A stretch of DNA of 64,000 bases from positions 30,380,001-30,444,000 of the forward strand of contig NC_042998.1 of NCBI RefSeq assembly GCF_006345805.1, read 5' to 3'. Below are positions 38,709-53,499 of this stretch, in pieces. Made by a program: the position numbers and the translations under genes. A model generated the notes under the pieces. That model worked only from the letters and a program-made list of their open reading frames with translations. It was not told the DNA's origin and made no database searches. The stretch comes from Octopus sinensis. Taxonomy: Eukaryota. The first letter of the stretch is position 1. Every line of letters begins with the position of its first letter.

Positions 38709-40798
38709 AATTAATTAATAAGGGTGAGAGAATTAGATACTAATTAATAGTTATCTATTCAACACCAAGTGGCCTAGTGCTCCGAGAAACCTGGATTATT
38801 ATAATATTTTATAATATATTACAATATTTTTACAAAATAAATATAAGAGAGTGGTCACTATATGGCTCACTCTAGCACCAGTTAATCCAAAAGGTTTCAA
38901 CCACAAAAATACATGTTTCCCATGAAAGTCAGTACGATTGTTAGCTCACACGGACAGGGCAAATAAAAAATAACAAAAATACAGATTATTTTGGGACAAT
39001 TGTTTCGCTATTAATGAATTAAATGTAATTTTACTTACAAAAAAATCCACTTGTAGCTCGTCGCCAAAACTATCTGGATGAAATCCACTCAATCACACGC
39101 CAGATTTTACCATAACGATAAATACGCGTGTGGTTCAATTGATTACATCCGACGTTATAATTCAAATGCCCCAACTAACAGCGCGCCAAACTTTCACGGA
39201 AAACAAATACAGCATTTAGAAATAAATGCAGCATAATTATAATTAATTAATAAGGGTGAGAGAATTAGATACTAATTTAATAGTATATCTATTCAACACC
39301 AAGTGGCCTAGTGCTCCGAGAAACCTGGATTATTATAATATTTTATAATATTATTACAATATTTTTACAAAATAAAATATAGAGAGTGGTCACTATATGG
39401 CTCACTCTAGCACCAGTTAATCCAAAAGGTTTCAACCACAAAAATACATGTTTCCCATGAAAGTCAGTACGATTGTTAGCTCACACGGACAGGGCAAATA
39501 AAAAATAACAAAAATACAGATTATTTTGGGACAATTGTTTCGCTATTAATGAATTAAATGTAATTTTACTTACAAAAAAATCCACTTGTAGCTCGTCAGC
39601 CAAAACTATCTGGATGAAATCCACTCAATCACACGCCAGATTTTACCATAACGATAAATACGCGTGTGGTGTGGTTGAAACTTTTGGATTAACTGGTGCT
39701 AGAGTGAGCCATATAGTGACCACTCTCTTATATTTATTTTGTAAAAATATTGTAATATATTATAAAATATTATAATAATCCAGGTTTCTCGGAGCACTAG
39801 GCCACTTGGTGTTGAATAGATATATACTATTAAATTAGTATCTAATTCTCTCACCCTTATTAATTAATTATAATTATGCTGCATTTATTTCTAAATGCTG
39901 TATTTGTTTTCCGTGAAAGTTTGGCGCGCTGTTAGTTGGGGCATTTGAATTATAACGTCGGATGTAATCAATTGAACCACACGCGTATTTATCGTTATGG
40001 TAAAATCTGGCGTGTGATTGAGTGGATTTCATCCAGATAGTTTTGGCTGACGAGCTACAAGTGGATTTTTTTGTAAGTAAAATTACATTTAATTCATTAA
40101 TAGCGAAACAATTGTCCCAAAATAATCTGTATTTTTGTTATTTTTTATTTGCCCTGTCCGTGTGAGCTAACAATCGTACTGACTTTCATGGGAAACATGT
40201 ATTTTTGTGGTTGAAACCTTTTGGATTAACTGGTGCTAGAGTGAGCCATATAGTGACCACTCTCTTATATTTATTTTGTAAAAATATTGTAATATATTAA
40301 AAAATTATAATAATCCAGGTTTATCGGAGCACTAGGCCACTTGGTGTTGAATAGATATACTATTAAATTAGTATCTAATTCTCTCACCCTTATTAATTAA
40401 TATAATTATGCTGCATTTATTTCTAAATGCTGTATTTGTTTTCCGTGAAAGTTTGGCGCGCTGTTAGTTGGGGCATTTGAATTATAACGTCGGATGTAAT
40501 CAATTGAACCACACGCGTATTTATCGTTATGGTAAAATCTGGCGTGTGATGGAGTGGATTTCATCCAGATAGTTTTGGCTGACGAGCTACAAGTGGATTT
40601 TTTTGTAAGTAAAATTACATTTAATTCATTAATAGCGAACAATTGTCCCAAAATAATCTGTATTTTTGTTATTTTTTATTTGCCCTGTCCGTGTGAGCTA
40701 ACAATCGTACTGACTTTCATGGGAAACATGTATTTTTGTGGTTGAAACCTTTTGGATTAACTGGTGCTAGAGTGAGCCATATAGTGACCACTCTCTTA

Positions 40799-40805
<7 letters not shown>
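38709..40805. repeat. Duplicate of the ~530-bp HHR array
   Basis: HHRs at 38989-39069 (-, core mutant), 39524-39605 (-, intact), 40041-40122 (+, intact), 40573-40653 (+, GAA mutant); inversion junction at ~39670. Confidence 0.88.
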
Positions 40806-40849
<44 letters not shown>

Positions 40850-41004
40850 ATATATATATATATATATAATATATACATATATATTATATATGTACATATA
40901 TATATATATATATATATTAATATATAATATAATACATATATATATATATATATGTACATATATATATATATGTATATATATATGTACATATATATATATA
41001 TATA

Positions 41005-41036
<32 letters not shown>

Positions 41037-41041
<5 letters not shown>

Positions 41042-44002
41042 CCTTAAATCCTTAAAAATGTTTTAGCCCGAAGGCCGCGGCCATGCTGGGGCACCACCGC
41101 TGAATGAGCTACACTAGTTTGTGAATCCACCTCTGATACGTGGCACTTGATCAACAAGGGAGTTCGATGCTGCTGCCCGCATCCGTGTCTCCTGTCGTGA
41201 GGTAGGTTCATCTGGGACTCCCAACAAGAAGAGATCCAGTTTAGTTTTAAAGAAACCCACATCCACACCATGTAAGTCTCTCAGGCATTTAGGGAGGATG
41301 TTAAAGAGCTGTGGTCCTCTGAAACCCAAGCTGTTGCAGTATCTGGACCTGTATTTTGATGGTGATGTTGGAATCCTTGGCACCACGCAGCGGCGCCCCG
41401 TTCTGCGGTGGGAGTAACTTTGAATGCCAAAGTTTGGGACAAGACCCTCCAGGATTTTCCAGATGTATATCACTGCATATCTCTCCCGCCTCCGCTCCAG
41501 GGAGAAGAGTTTAATACCTTCAGTCTTTCCCAGTAGCTGACATTTTGCATTGAGACGATTTTCTTTGTGTAGCTTCTCTGAGTTGCTTCGAGTTCTGCTG
41601 TTGTTTTATATTGTGTGGTGACCAAAGTTGGGAGCAGTAGTCCAAGCGGCTGAGGACAATGTTTTCCATAGGACCATCAGTGTCTCCTTCTCTCTTGTTC
41701 TGAAGTTCGGAGAATCCATCCAGCTAGCCGTCTGCATTTTATCACCAGATTAGCAATATGCATTTGGAAAGATGCATCATTGCTCATGTCAATGCCCAGG
41801 TCACGCACTGATTTTGACTCAGGGATTGCAATTCTTCCTGGGCCAGTGTATCCAGTCTTCACGTCATTTACCTTTGTGTGCCAGTAGCGCAGGGCCTGGA
41901 ACTTACCTGCATTAAACTGCATGTTGTTGTCCTCAGCCCACCTGTATATTGTGTCCAGCTCATGTTGCAGATGCGCAATATTTTCAGGGTTTTGTATTGC
42001 GTGGGAGACTTTTGTGTCATCTGCATAGCTAGCAAGGTGGTCATCGTAGCAACTGAAGGCATGTCTGAAAGGGCCACTATGAACATCAGTGGCCCCAAGA
42101 CAGTGCCCTGTGGGACACCGCTTGTTATTTGCGTTTCCCTGGAGGTGGCTCCATTGCTCACAACTGCCTGTTTTCTGTCTTTTAGGAAGTTGTGCAGCCA
42201 CTCTCCAAGTTTCCGCCTATGCCGAGACCACGCAGTTTGTGACAGATCATACCATGGTCGACTTTATCAAAGGCTTTTGCAAAGTCAAGATATATTACAT
42301 CCACATTTGAGCCATTTAGTAGCTGTTTCAACACCCAGTCATAGTGTTGCAGGAGCTGTGTTAGGCAGCCTCTACCTGGTCGAAATCCATGCTGGGTGTC
42401 AGACAGTAAGTCATTTTCTTCAAGGAACATGATTAATTTCTTACGGACTATTCGTTCCATGACTTTGCTGATGTGTGAGGTCAGAGAGATAGGCCTATAA
42501 TTTTTAGCATCTGCTCTGCTACCTCCCTTATGGATAGGGCATATTACCCCCTCTTTCAGTTTGACTGGGAGCTTACCACTTGCAAGAAAGCTCTGAAAAA
42601 GAAGCTGTAGCGGTTTTGCAAGGGCTCGTTTGCACGATTTGAGAAGGATCGCTGGGAATCCATCAGGTCCAGCAGCTGAGTTTGTGTCAATCTCATCAAT
42701 GGCTAGTGTGATGATATCATCTTCTTCGATGTTGATGTACTCAATTTTTGTCTCTTTGGCCGCTGGTAAAGTGGCAAAGAATCTTCTGGGTTGTTTACTT
42801 GCCTGTGTCCTAGAGGTGTAGTGAACACACTTTGGAACTGTTCGTTCAGTATTTCACTTATCCTCGTGGGATTTCCTGTGAGAGAGCCATCTTTTTGGAA
42901 GAGAGGTCCTATTCTCTGGTGCACTGTGGCTGTCTCTTTGGCAAACTTAAGAAAGCTTTAGGGTTTGATTTTATATTTTCTATTACCCAAGCTTCTTTAT
43001 CTGCTCTCTCCTTTTCATGGGACTGATGTAGACTTTTCTCAGTTTCCATTAGCATTCTTTCGAGCCGAGACTTCTCACCACTTTTGGTGTGCTTGCTCAG
43101 GCGGTTTGCAATCCTTGTCCGTCGTCTCATAAGAATCCTCCTTTCTCTAGGGATCCTGTTTTTGTTCTTGTGTGTGCTGGCCCTGCACATTGGACATATT
43201 TGTCACATATGGCTTGTATTATGGACATGAAGTGTTTGTGTTTCATGTTTATGTCCGGTGTGGAGAGACATTCAGGCCAATCCTGTTTGAGGATCTCTTT
43301 CTCAATCGACTTCCAGTTGGCTTTATGAAAGTTTAAGTTGGAGAGATGGTGGGTGCTTCGTATAGGCTGTGTGTCTGCGGGGGCTTTTGTTCCATACATA
43401 GACAGCTCTATTATGTTGTGATCCGAGATCATTGTCGGCATCACATTAACATTATGGATAATATCCATATTGTTTGTGAAGCAGAGATCCAGTATATTAT
43501 CTGCCCTTGTTGGTTGCAGAACTATTTGCTCCATGAAAGAGGCATTTGTGAGATGGAGCAGGGACTCCACCTGTGCCTGCTGATGGTGTGTCATCCCTGG
43601 GAGCATCTGCCCCCCAGGCCATTCCACATTGGGGAGGTTAAAGTCACCCATGAAGAATACACTGTTGTGCTGTTCAAGGTGGTGAGGACTCTCCTATTTT
43701 TGTTAGGCAGTCTTCAAACATGCCTGAGTGTTTTGGGGCATCTGGTGGGCGATATGTAGTGCATATGACGATATTCAGTTGTCTTATGTGTACAATTTGA
43801 GTTTCACATACTAAGTTTGAATATGACAGCAGGACCTGGGGCGTGAGGTCATTTCGGATGTACATTGCAACTCCACCATGGCTCCTCCCTTTTCTATCTG
43901 TGCGTATGACTGCATATTGCGGCATGTGTATTTCTGCATCACCTATATCGGGTTCAAGATGCGTTTCTGTGAGTGCCATGCATATAGCTTGATTGCATGC
44001 AC
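41037..44002 (-). mobile_element. CR1-group LINE, duplicate of 32264-35228
   Basis: Same ORF fragments; the extra C at ~43611 restores MGDFNLPNVEW in frame. Confidence 0.92.
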
Positions 44003-44021
44003 ATATATATATACATATATA

Positions 44022-44093
<72 letters not shown>

Positions 44094-44185
44094 ATATATA
44101 TATATATAATATATACATATAGATATTATATATACATAATACATATATTATATACATATATACATATATATATATACATATATAC

Positions 44186-44239
<54 letters not shown>

Positions 44240-44647
44240 AATGAGAGAGGGGTTGTAAATGCAACCCTCCATGGGATAACAATATCCAATATACTGCTAG
44301 GAAGAACCCAACAAAGTTAATACCTAAATGTTATGATTCGATGCAATCAATTCATTTACTGTATTATATGGGCAAAGGTAAAATGATTTACAACAAATTA
44401 CTATTACAAAATAAGAAAATGGAGAAATACATCTAAATCATATATCAATTACCAGAAAATGCTCAATCACATACTTTATTAAACCACCATATAAGAGACT
44501 GTGGGGTTAGACATAAAAAGCAGAACAAATCAGTGTACATAAAGGAATGTACATAAAAAGTGTACATAAAAGAGTAATGTTGTATAATAAGTAGAATATA
44601 TATAAAAAAGAGAATATAAATATAAGTAAATATAAATATAAGTATAG

Positions 44648-44787
44648 ATTACATCTTACAGCTGTTTCGGCCATGTAGATAAGTATGTCTCATTTTACCA
44701 ATATTAGCCTTTTATGGTAGGTCAATATATAGATATAAATGAGACATTTACAAAAATATCATAAGGCCTCTTCGGAGATTATGTAAT
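44648..44787 (-). ncRNA. Type I hammerhead motif (family 3), CCGAAGA core
   Basis: Same structure as 35875-36013. Confidence 0.72.
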
Positions 44788-46259
44788 ATAAATCGGTCTA
44801 CATATATACCCACATGGGTGTGGGTACATACCCATAATACAACATATACATATACATATGAGTGCATATACTCACACTCCTATACATATAAAAATATACA
44901 TATACATAATGATGTAAATAAATAATATAAATTAGTAAACATATATATGTTCCACATTCAATGTTTCAGTTTTTCAACTTAATTGTAATAATAAACATAC
45001 ACATATTAGTACCTAGATGCAAATATACATAGTCATAGTACATTATATTACGTCATGCTAATTTCTAAGTGTCATAAAGTTGCATCATTATCGTTGTCAA
45101 TACCATTAATGCTACCATTATTATCATTCATAATATTATTAATAACGCTTACATTAGGATCCAAAGTGGCACATATGTATGTCCGGTTCCAGTTAGTAAT
45201 TTCCTTATGACATAAATACACTATTGGATTTGAATTTAAATTATCATTGTCTTTCCTCACGGTTGGTCCGTTGAGAGCCGCCCGACTCCACCACACCGCA
45301 CAGAAAAACATACACTCCACATCCAACTCTAAACCCACACATCCACACAAACTCTCACACACACATGAATACACCCCGACACATCCCCTACACATTCACT
45401 AAACTAAACTGCAGAGGTATGTCTGTCATCGCATGGCTTATAGACAATCAGTACAGGCAGCAGTGTCTATACACTAACACACACACTCACACGTACATCC
45501 GCATATACCGCATAAATATAAATACACTCTCATATACTGTGTAAGGGAACATTCGCACACCACATATACATATTTAAATATATATCTGCGCACTCATGCG
45601 TACAAATAAAACCTATACTTATATCCACCCATGAATAAATATTCGCATATACATATATACATATCCAAATACGCACCTGCGTACTCATATGTATAAGAAA
45701 ACATACATCCGTACATCCAATCACGAAATACCTGTATGTACAAAACATACATACGTACACATACACATTTTCACACAACCTCGCCACCTCAACCCACGTC
45801 CACTAATCATAAATTAAAATATTGTCTGGCCCATCCAAAGACGTATATATACATACACAAAAAGTAAACAGAAGTTACTATTAATTTAGATATAAGTTCA
45901 TTAACACGAATAAATTCCGAAGGGACAACAATAATTGTAGGACAAAGAAAAATATACTATTTAAAAATACATATGATAATAATACTAGTTTTAATAATCT
46001 TAGACTTGTCAACATTAGTCTAAATAACGTAGCGCACAATAATGATAGTAGGGATATTAACAATAGGCATAATAACATTGATAATATATATGGCAATAGT
46101 GGAGTTCATTTAAACAATAATAATAAGAAGAATAAGAATAAGAATAAAGTCAGTAATAAAACCAGTCTAAAGGGGAATTCTAGGCATTATATTGACAATA
46201 TTAAGGGTAGAAAGCATATAGGTTGGAAGAATAATAGGGTTTTTCCCAAGAATAACAAT

Positions 46260-47028
46260 TTGAGGAGTAATCCACATAGTGATGAGGATACACTATGGCT
46301 AATAATACCATATGCAATGCAGATTAAAACGGATATAGTCAGAACAATACATAAAGTAATATATAGACTATTTACTAAGGGTAAGAATAAATTTAGCCAA
46401 ATAATTAACAATAGAAATATTAGAATACGATATAGTATCACGAATAATCTAGCCACCATCATCTCTTCCTTCAACAACAAGAAATTAGATTGCTTCTATA
46501 ATGATAGAAAGATAAACATGGGTAGTAGTGAAAATAAGTGCAATAATATCAACAGGGATAGGGCTACGGGGATTTCTGCCAGGGTTAAATCTCCTCAATC
46601 TGTTAATGGCTGCAATTGCAGAAGCAAGAATCAATGTGTGTTTGGTAATAAATGCCTGAGGAGAGAGGTGGTTTACCAATGCACTGTAAATACACAATAT
46701 AATAGCAGGGTGTACATTGGTGCAACTAAAAATAGTATAAAACAACGGCTAAACTATCATAGATACACTTTTAAAAATAAAAATAGGATGAACTCTACGG
46801 GTTAAGTACGTATATCTGGGAACTCAAGAGTAAGAACATAGATTTTAATTTAGATTGGGAAATACTAACACTGCACCTGTATACAATAGTAGAAATAAAA
46901 AATGCTCTTTATGTATCAATGAAGTTTTCTTCATCATCAAAGCCGGCTAACCCATTATTAACAGCATTAATGAGCGAAATTTTTTTTGCCTTCACAAATT
47001 GGCGTACACTTTCTCTAGATTTAAATAA
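46260..47028 (+). pseudogene. PLE GIY-YIG endonuclease domain, frameshifted
   Basis: ORF 46260-46805 RIRYSITNNLATIISSFN..CNCRSKNQCVFGNKCLRREVVYQCTV..VYIGATKNSIKQRLNYH; after a frameshift LSTYIWELKSK..WEIL..KKCSLCINE. Confidence 0.88.
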
Positions 47029-48945
47029 CATCTAATTCTTCTACCAGTAATCTTTTAGCATTCCTCTATATAGGACTGTACTATTGGTCCTTACAATTTA
47101 TAATTTATAACTTTGTGTCTCCATGTATGTGTTCTATATTGATTGTTTCTGTCCCGACTGGAAAGATATACAAAAATATATAGTTATTCTGATATATGCA
47201 TGATATTCGGAACCCCACAGAGTCTTTTATCGGTGTAGGGTGTATATGCGCATCATATCTTAGGGCACTAGTTTGAGTTTTTGCTATAACGATATGTAAC
47301 ATGTGAGAGTCTATAATTAGTATAAGTTGTTTATCTCAATGAGCATATAAGGTTGTTTTTTTTCTTTTTTTACGGTTGGTTTGTTGGGGGTTGTTGGATT
47401 TCTGCTGCACAGGCGTGGGCTCGGGTGGCGCTGCACCGGCGTTTGTGCATCAACGTGTGCACTCTCACGCGCTATGCTTGCGGACATTCGCGGGTACTTG
47501 TATGCGTGTTCTGGTGTGCATCTTGGTGATCGTGCGTGCGAGAGGGACGTGTGCGTGTGTGCCCGGCCATGAATTCGCGTGTCCGTGCGGGGGCGTGCAT
47601 GCACATGTATGTGCATGTGGATGCATTTCGGCGTATCCACTTATATTTACTATATTAGGTTTATCTTTGTGCTCTTCTTAATTTGTATTCCATTTATTTA
47701 TCTATTTATATATACATGGATTATATATATTTATATATATATATATTATATATTTATATTTTATTTATTAATTATTTATTTTTGTTTATTTGGCACTTAC
47801 TAATTTACAATTAATTTAATTTATAATTAATAAACTTATATCTAAATTAATAGTAACTTCTGTTTACTTTTTGTGTATGTATATATACGTCTTTGGATGG
47901 GCAGACATATATTTTAATTTATGATTTATTGGACGTGGGTTGAGGTGGCGAGGTGTGTGAAAATGTGTATGTGTACGTATGTATGTTTTTGTACATACAG
48001 GTATGTTCGTGAGTGGATGTACGGATGTATGTTTTTCTTATACATATGAGTACGCAGGTGCGTATTTGGATATGTATATATGTATATGCTAATATTATTC
48101 ATGGGTGGATATAAGTATAGGTTTATTTTGTACGCATGAGTGCGCAGATATATATTTAAATATGTATATATGTGTGTGCGAATGTTCCCTTACACAGTAT
48201 ATGAGAGTGTATTAATATTTATGGGTATATGCGGATGTACGTGTGAGTGTGTGTGTTAGTGTATAGACACTGCTGCCTGTACTGATTTGTCTATAAGCCA
48301 TGCGATTACAGACATACACTCTGCAATTTAGTGAATGTGTAGGGATGTGTCGGGGTGTATTCATGTGTGTGTGAGTTTTGTGTGGATGTGTGGGTTTAGG
48401 GTTGGATGTGGATGTGTATGTTTTTCTTGTGCGGTGTGGTGGAGGTCGGGCGGCTCTCAACGGACCAACCGTGAGGAAGACAATGATAATTTAAATTCAA
48501 ATCCAATAGTGTATTAATGTCATAAGGAAAATTACTAACTGGAACCCGGACATACATATGTGCCACTTTGGATCCTAATGTAAGCGTTATTAATAATATT
48601 ATGATGATAATAATGGTAGCATTAATGGTATTGACAACGATAATGATGCAAACTTTAATGACACTTTAGAAATTAGTATGAAGTAATATAATGTACTTTG
48701 ACTATGTATATTTGCATCTAGGTACTAATATGTGTATGTTTATTACTACAATTTTAAGTTGAAAACTGAAACATTGAATGTGGAACATATATATGTTTAC
48801 TAATTTATATTATTTATTTACATCATTATGTATATGTATATTTTTATATGTATAGGAGTGTGAGTATATGCACTCATATGTATATTAATATGTTTTATTG
48901 GGTATGTACCCACACCAATGTGGGTATATATGTAGACCGATTTAT

Positions 48946-49081
48946 ATTACATAATCTCCGAAGAGCCTTATGATATTTTTGTAAATGTCTCATTTATATC
49001 TATATTGACCTACCATAAAAGCTAATATTGGTAAAATGAGACATACTTATCTACATGGCCTAAACAGCTGTAAGATGTAAT
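48946..49081 (+). ncRNA. Family 3 hammerhead, probably inactive (GAAA to TAAA, stem II loses a G)
   Basis: ataatctCCGAAGAgcc..catggccTAAAcagctgta^agatgtaat. Confidence 0.6.
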
Positions 49082-49317
49082 CTATACTATATTTATATTT
49101 ACTTATATTTATATTCTCTTTTTTTATATATATTCTACTTATTATACAACATTACTCTTTTATGTATACTTTTTTTGTACATTCCTTATGTATGCTGATT
49201 TGTTCTGCTGTTTTATTTACCCCACAGTCTCTTATATGGTGGTTTAATAAAGTATGTGATTGAGTATTATCTGGTAATTGATATATGATTTAGATGTATT
49301 TCTCCATTTTCTTATTT

Positions 49318-49320
<3 letters not shown>

Positions 49321-49387
<67 letters not shown>

Positions 49388-49424
49388 GTATATATATATA
49401 TGTATATGTTATATATGTATATAT

Positions 49425-49455
<31 letters not shown>

Positions 49456-49950
49456 ATATGTATATATATGTATATATATATATGTATATATATATGTATA
49501 TATATGTATGTATATGTATATATATATGCGTATATGTATATATATATATGTGTATATATATATGTAGTGTATATCTATATATCTATGTGTATATATATGT
49601 ATATATATATATATGTATACATATGTATATATATGTATATATATATACATGTATGTATACATATGTATATATATATATATACATATATGTATACCTATGT
49701 ATATATATATATACATATATGTATACATATGCATATATATGTATATATACATATATGTATACATATGTATATATATACATATATGTATACATATGTATAT
49801 ATATATATAATATATATATATATTATATATAAATATGTATACATATGTATATATATGTATATATATATATGTATACATATGTATTATATATATGTATATA
49901 TATATACATGTATACATATATGTATACATATGTATATATATATATATATT
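49321..49950. repeat. Long (TA)n/(TATG/TACA)n low-complexity tract
   Basis: Direct reading; source of the IY-rich ORFs. Confidence 0.97.
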
Positions 49951-50198
49951 TAGTGAGGGACGCACTATATAAAACTTCAATTATCCGCACTAAGACACGG
50001 TTGCGATACCCCATGGTCGTAACCTCAACCGTGATTTTTCTGTTGTGATTTTTGCTACCCTAGGTACGGTTAATTTGAATAATCCGTAACAAGATAATTC
50101 ATTTATCCATTTCAATAAATATATATATATAATATATTATAATATAATATATATATAATATATATATATATAGTGTATGTGTGTGTGTTGTGTATATG

Positions 50199-50273
<75 letters not shown>

Positions 50274-50599
50274 TTATGGAAAATAGCACAAAACCTGTCT
50301 TTTCTTTTTCAATTCCTGCTCATGAAGTAAAAATTGCAAGATGATTATTTTGTTTCGAGCGAAAAACTGCCCATTATATTCAATGACTGAATATCTTAAA
50401 ATGCATGATAACAATTGATAATAATTAGAGAACAACCAACTTATTCTGACGTTATTTCTAAAATCAGATTTCGAGTTATGCTTACGTCACACCTTTAATG
50501 TTGCAACTTCTTCAATGATGAATGACTGTAGCATTTATCTCATATTAGCCATCAAAATATTAGTGATAATTGGATCCTTAAATTAACAACTTACAACAT

Positions 50600-52330
50600 C
50601 GGGCGTTCTCTATTAAGATGTGAATTCTTTGAGCATCGGCGTTTTCATCGCAATACTTTCGAAAGGATTGTTACCCGTAACACGTTAGTTCCAATTAAAT
50701 CCATTCAGTTGAAAATTCAAATGTGAACGCGTGTTTCATTATGATATGTTATTATCTAGTGAGTGACGTACGGCAGAAGATAACTACCAAATTCTTTTAT
50801 GCTTTTCTATATCTAATTATTTTGTTTGTTTTGCTTTTCCTTTTATTACTAAAAAGAAATCCTATCAGCTTTGTTTCAATTTTGATTCTCAACAAATTGA
50901 AGTGATTTATACCCGTACAGTATTTAAAAGAAATGAATATGAATGTTACATGAAATCATTTACTGTCTCCACGATTTTAAAGTATTAGTGCATTGTCAAT
51001 AACAAATGGAACATATTTTCTTGCTTTCAAATATCTAGATGGCATAATTACTGTACTACATGTAATAATAATACCTTGAGGTAAATCTATTTTAATTAAT
51101 ACATGCAACTTAAAATAATTTTGACGAATTGATGGTGACAGAACGTTTGTAATTTACCAACAATCATTATTAGAAACAAACAAAGTATTTGAAACAGTGG
51201 AGTGTTAGAAGCAGTTATATTGCATATAGCATCCAATTAAATTATATAGTTTGAATTAAGGACATAGTTCTGAATGATTCTGAGACTGACTTTTGATTTC
51301 TTTCAAGGTTGCATTATATTTGCGCTAATCACATTTTTGAGATTTTATTTAGCATCGGCGAAATTGTGCGATAGCTGACTAAAACTTTTATATAAACCTT
51401 TATATAACAAACTCCGCATATTATTTTCAGGTTTACATGAGATAACCGATCGTAGACTTCACTAACCGCATCATTATTTTTAAAAATCAAATTAAATCAG
51501 TTATACCACATCGATAAATAATGGAAATACAAAGAATTTATCGATAATCTATCTGTGATACAGTACAAAATTTGAACACAATTTAGCCGACCTATATATA
51601 AATACATGAATTACTGCTTTCCTCATTAGTTCTGAGGATTATTTTAGCCGCAGACTGACGTTTTGGTGAATGTATTCACATTTTGATGTGAATAATTTTA
51701 GAAGCTGAAACATAGATTATATACTGTGAAAAACAAAAAAAAAAAACATTTAAGACTGTTCATGAGGATGTAGCCAGCTATTTCCTGTAAACCAATTTGT
51801 CTCGGTATATCATCTGATTTAAGCATAAGATTTACCTTAATGATCTGATGTTGCGTTCGAATACAGGGAGATATACATACATATATATGATTAATTTCGG
51901 CTTTACACAACGAAAATCGTTTTAAATTGCTCGTCTATTTGGATAGCAGATTTGCAAGAAAGAATTATTTTTGGTAATATTTAATAGGTCAATATTCTAG
52001 GAAACTAATTTCACTAGACACTATAAATGAATTAACGGTGAAAGTACAAAAGATAATTTCCCATTACTGTTCTATATTTTTTCACTAAGCGAAATAAATT
52101 GGCAGATATTTGGCGCATCGGCTAAATACGTAAATGTATTTAATGCGAAAATATTTCGTTTCGTATACTTACATTCTAGGTTCAATTGCATCAAAGTGTA
52201 CTTAAAATTTTATCTGCATTCTCAGTTATTGAGAAATTACAAATCTGTCTCATGAGACGATGCGATAGTAACGAGATGTAGCCCATTTGACGATGGAAGA
52301 AATCACTATTTCATTGGCAACAACAGTCGA
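50600..52330 (-). repeat. Inverted paralogue of 18600-21215, without the SINE and Helitron insertions
   Basis: Collinear matching blocks; the Helitron flanks are contiguous here at ~50838-50884. Confidence 0.75.
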
Positions 52331-53127
52331 ATACAACCGTTGTGTATCAGTATCGCTCAGGCGGTAAATTATTTATTTATAATCATTCTTGTGTGTTCTA
52401 GATAAATCATCGGTGTATATTGATTATGATGGCACGACCGAGCTAATTAAATCTTAACCATATACACTTCTTTGCAATAAGTGTACGGAATAGTTCAAAG
52501 GGGAAGAATATTTTCAGGGCTTTCAAAACAGTTATTATGCATTTAGTAAAATATGTTAAGATAAGACATTAATCTCGTGGAGATTAGAAGAATTAAGGCA
52601 TCCATAAGTTCAAGCAATATTTGTAAATATTATGTAAAAATACAAGTAATTAATACACTTTGTTTAGAAAGACAGATCTTCAAACCAATTTCCCACCTCC
52701 GACGTCAAATAATCTCACGTTCTTGACAATGTGTTCAGTAGGAGATTTCATGAACTTCAATTAAATTATTTAAACATAAGTGAAATAATAAATGATTATT
52801 AAATTTTTAATTGGAAAAGAGAATATGTAATTTCTGTTATGGATATTAAGTTTATCAGATGTGAAATTTCCTAAATACATTCTCACTCTTATTCTATACA
52901 ATAATGTTTGTCCCGAAGAAAATGTGAAATATGGTGATATATTGAAGACAAATATATTATAACATGTATATATACACACACATATATGTGTGTGTATACA
53001 TACATACATATATAAATATGTGTGTGTGTGTGAATGTGTAGGTATGTCTATATATATATAGATGGACATACATACATACATACATACATACATACATACA
53101 TACATACATACATACATACATACATAA

Positions 53128-53260
<133 letters not shown>

Positions 53261-53277
53261 CTGCAAAACATCACAAA

Positions 53278-53379
53278 AACTGCTAATCAGAGATTCACGT
53301 TCCCGTTCGTCGGACAGTTTTGTTTCATTCTCAACCCCAAACTCCGATGAACGGGAACGTGGAACTCTGAGTAACAGTT
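53278..53379. repeat. Imperfect inverted repeat (~37-bp arms) of CCGAYGA-ACGGG..-like modules
   Basis: 53278-53314 pairs with 53343-53379. Confidence 0.8.
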
Positions 53380-53499
53380 GTTCTGGTGTCTTTGCGGTTT
53401 TATTAATAAAGCATATTACTCAATTCCCCGATATTCGAGTACTATTTTTTCCAACTTGTTTCACATTTTCATTCTTAGTCTGGTGTATATATATATATA

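Larger units (their letters stand above)
37332..46002. repeat. Second copy of 28585-37231 (~8.65 kb); probable contig-overlap or haplotype artefact
   Basis: Starts with the same gaggagaatattattc and ends with tttaataatctta; differences are mostly 1-nt indels, rising toward contig ends. Confidence 0.92.
44405..49320 (+). mobile_element. Penelope-like element with a 1.5-kb inverted 3' segment at its 5' end
   Basis: 44405-45903 is the reverse complement of 47827-49320; GIY-YIG coding remnant between them; ends in (TA)n. Confidence 0.85.

Noticed and set aside
49278-50048. Long Ile/Tyr/Met-rich ORFs here and at 7985-8530, 24068-25587, 31941-32252, 35104-35515, 52770-53274
   Set aside because: Stop-free read-through of (TA)n, (TATG)n and (GATA)n microsatellites; not coding.
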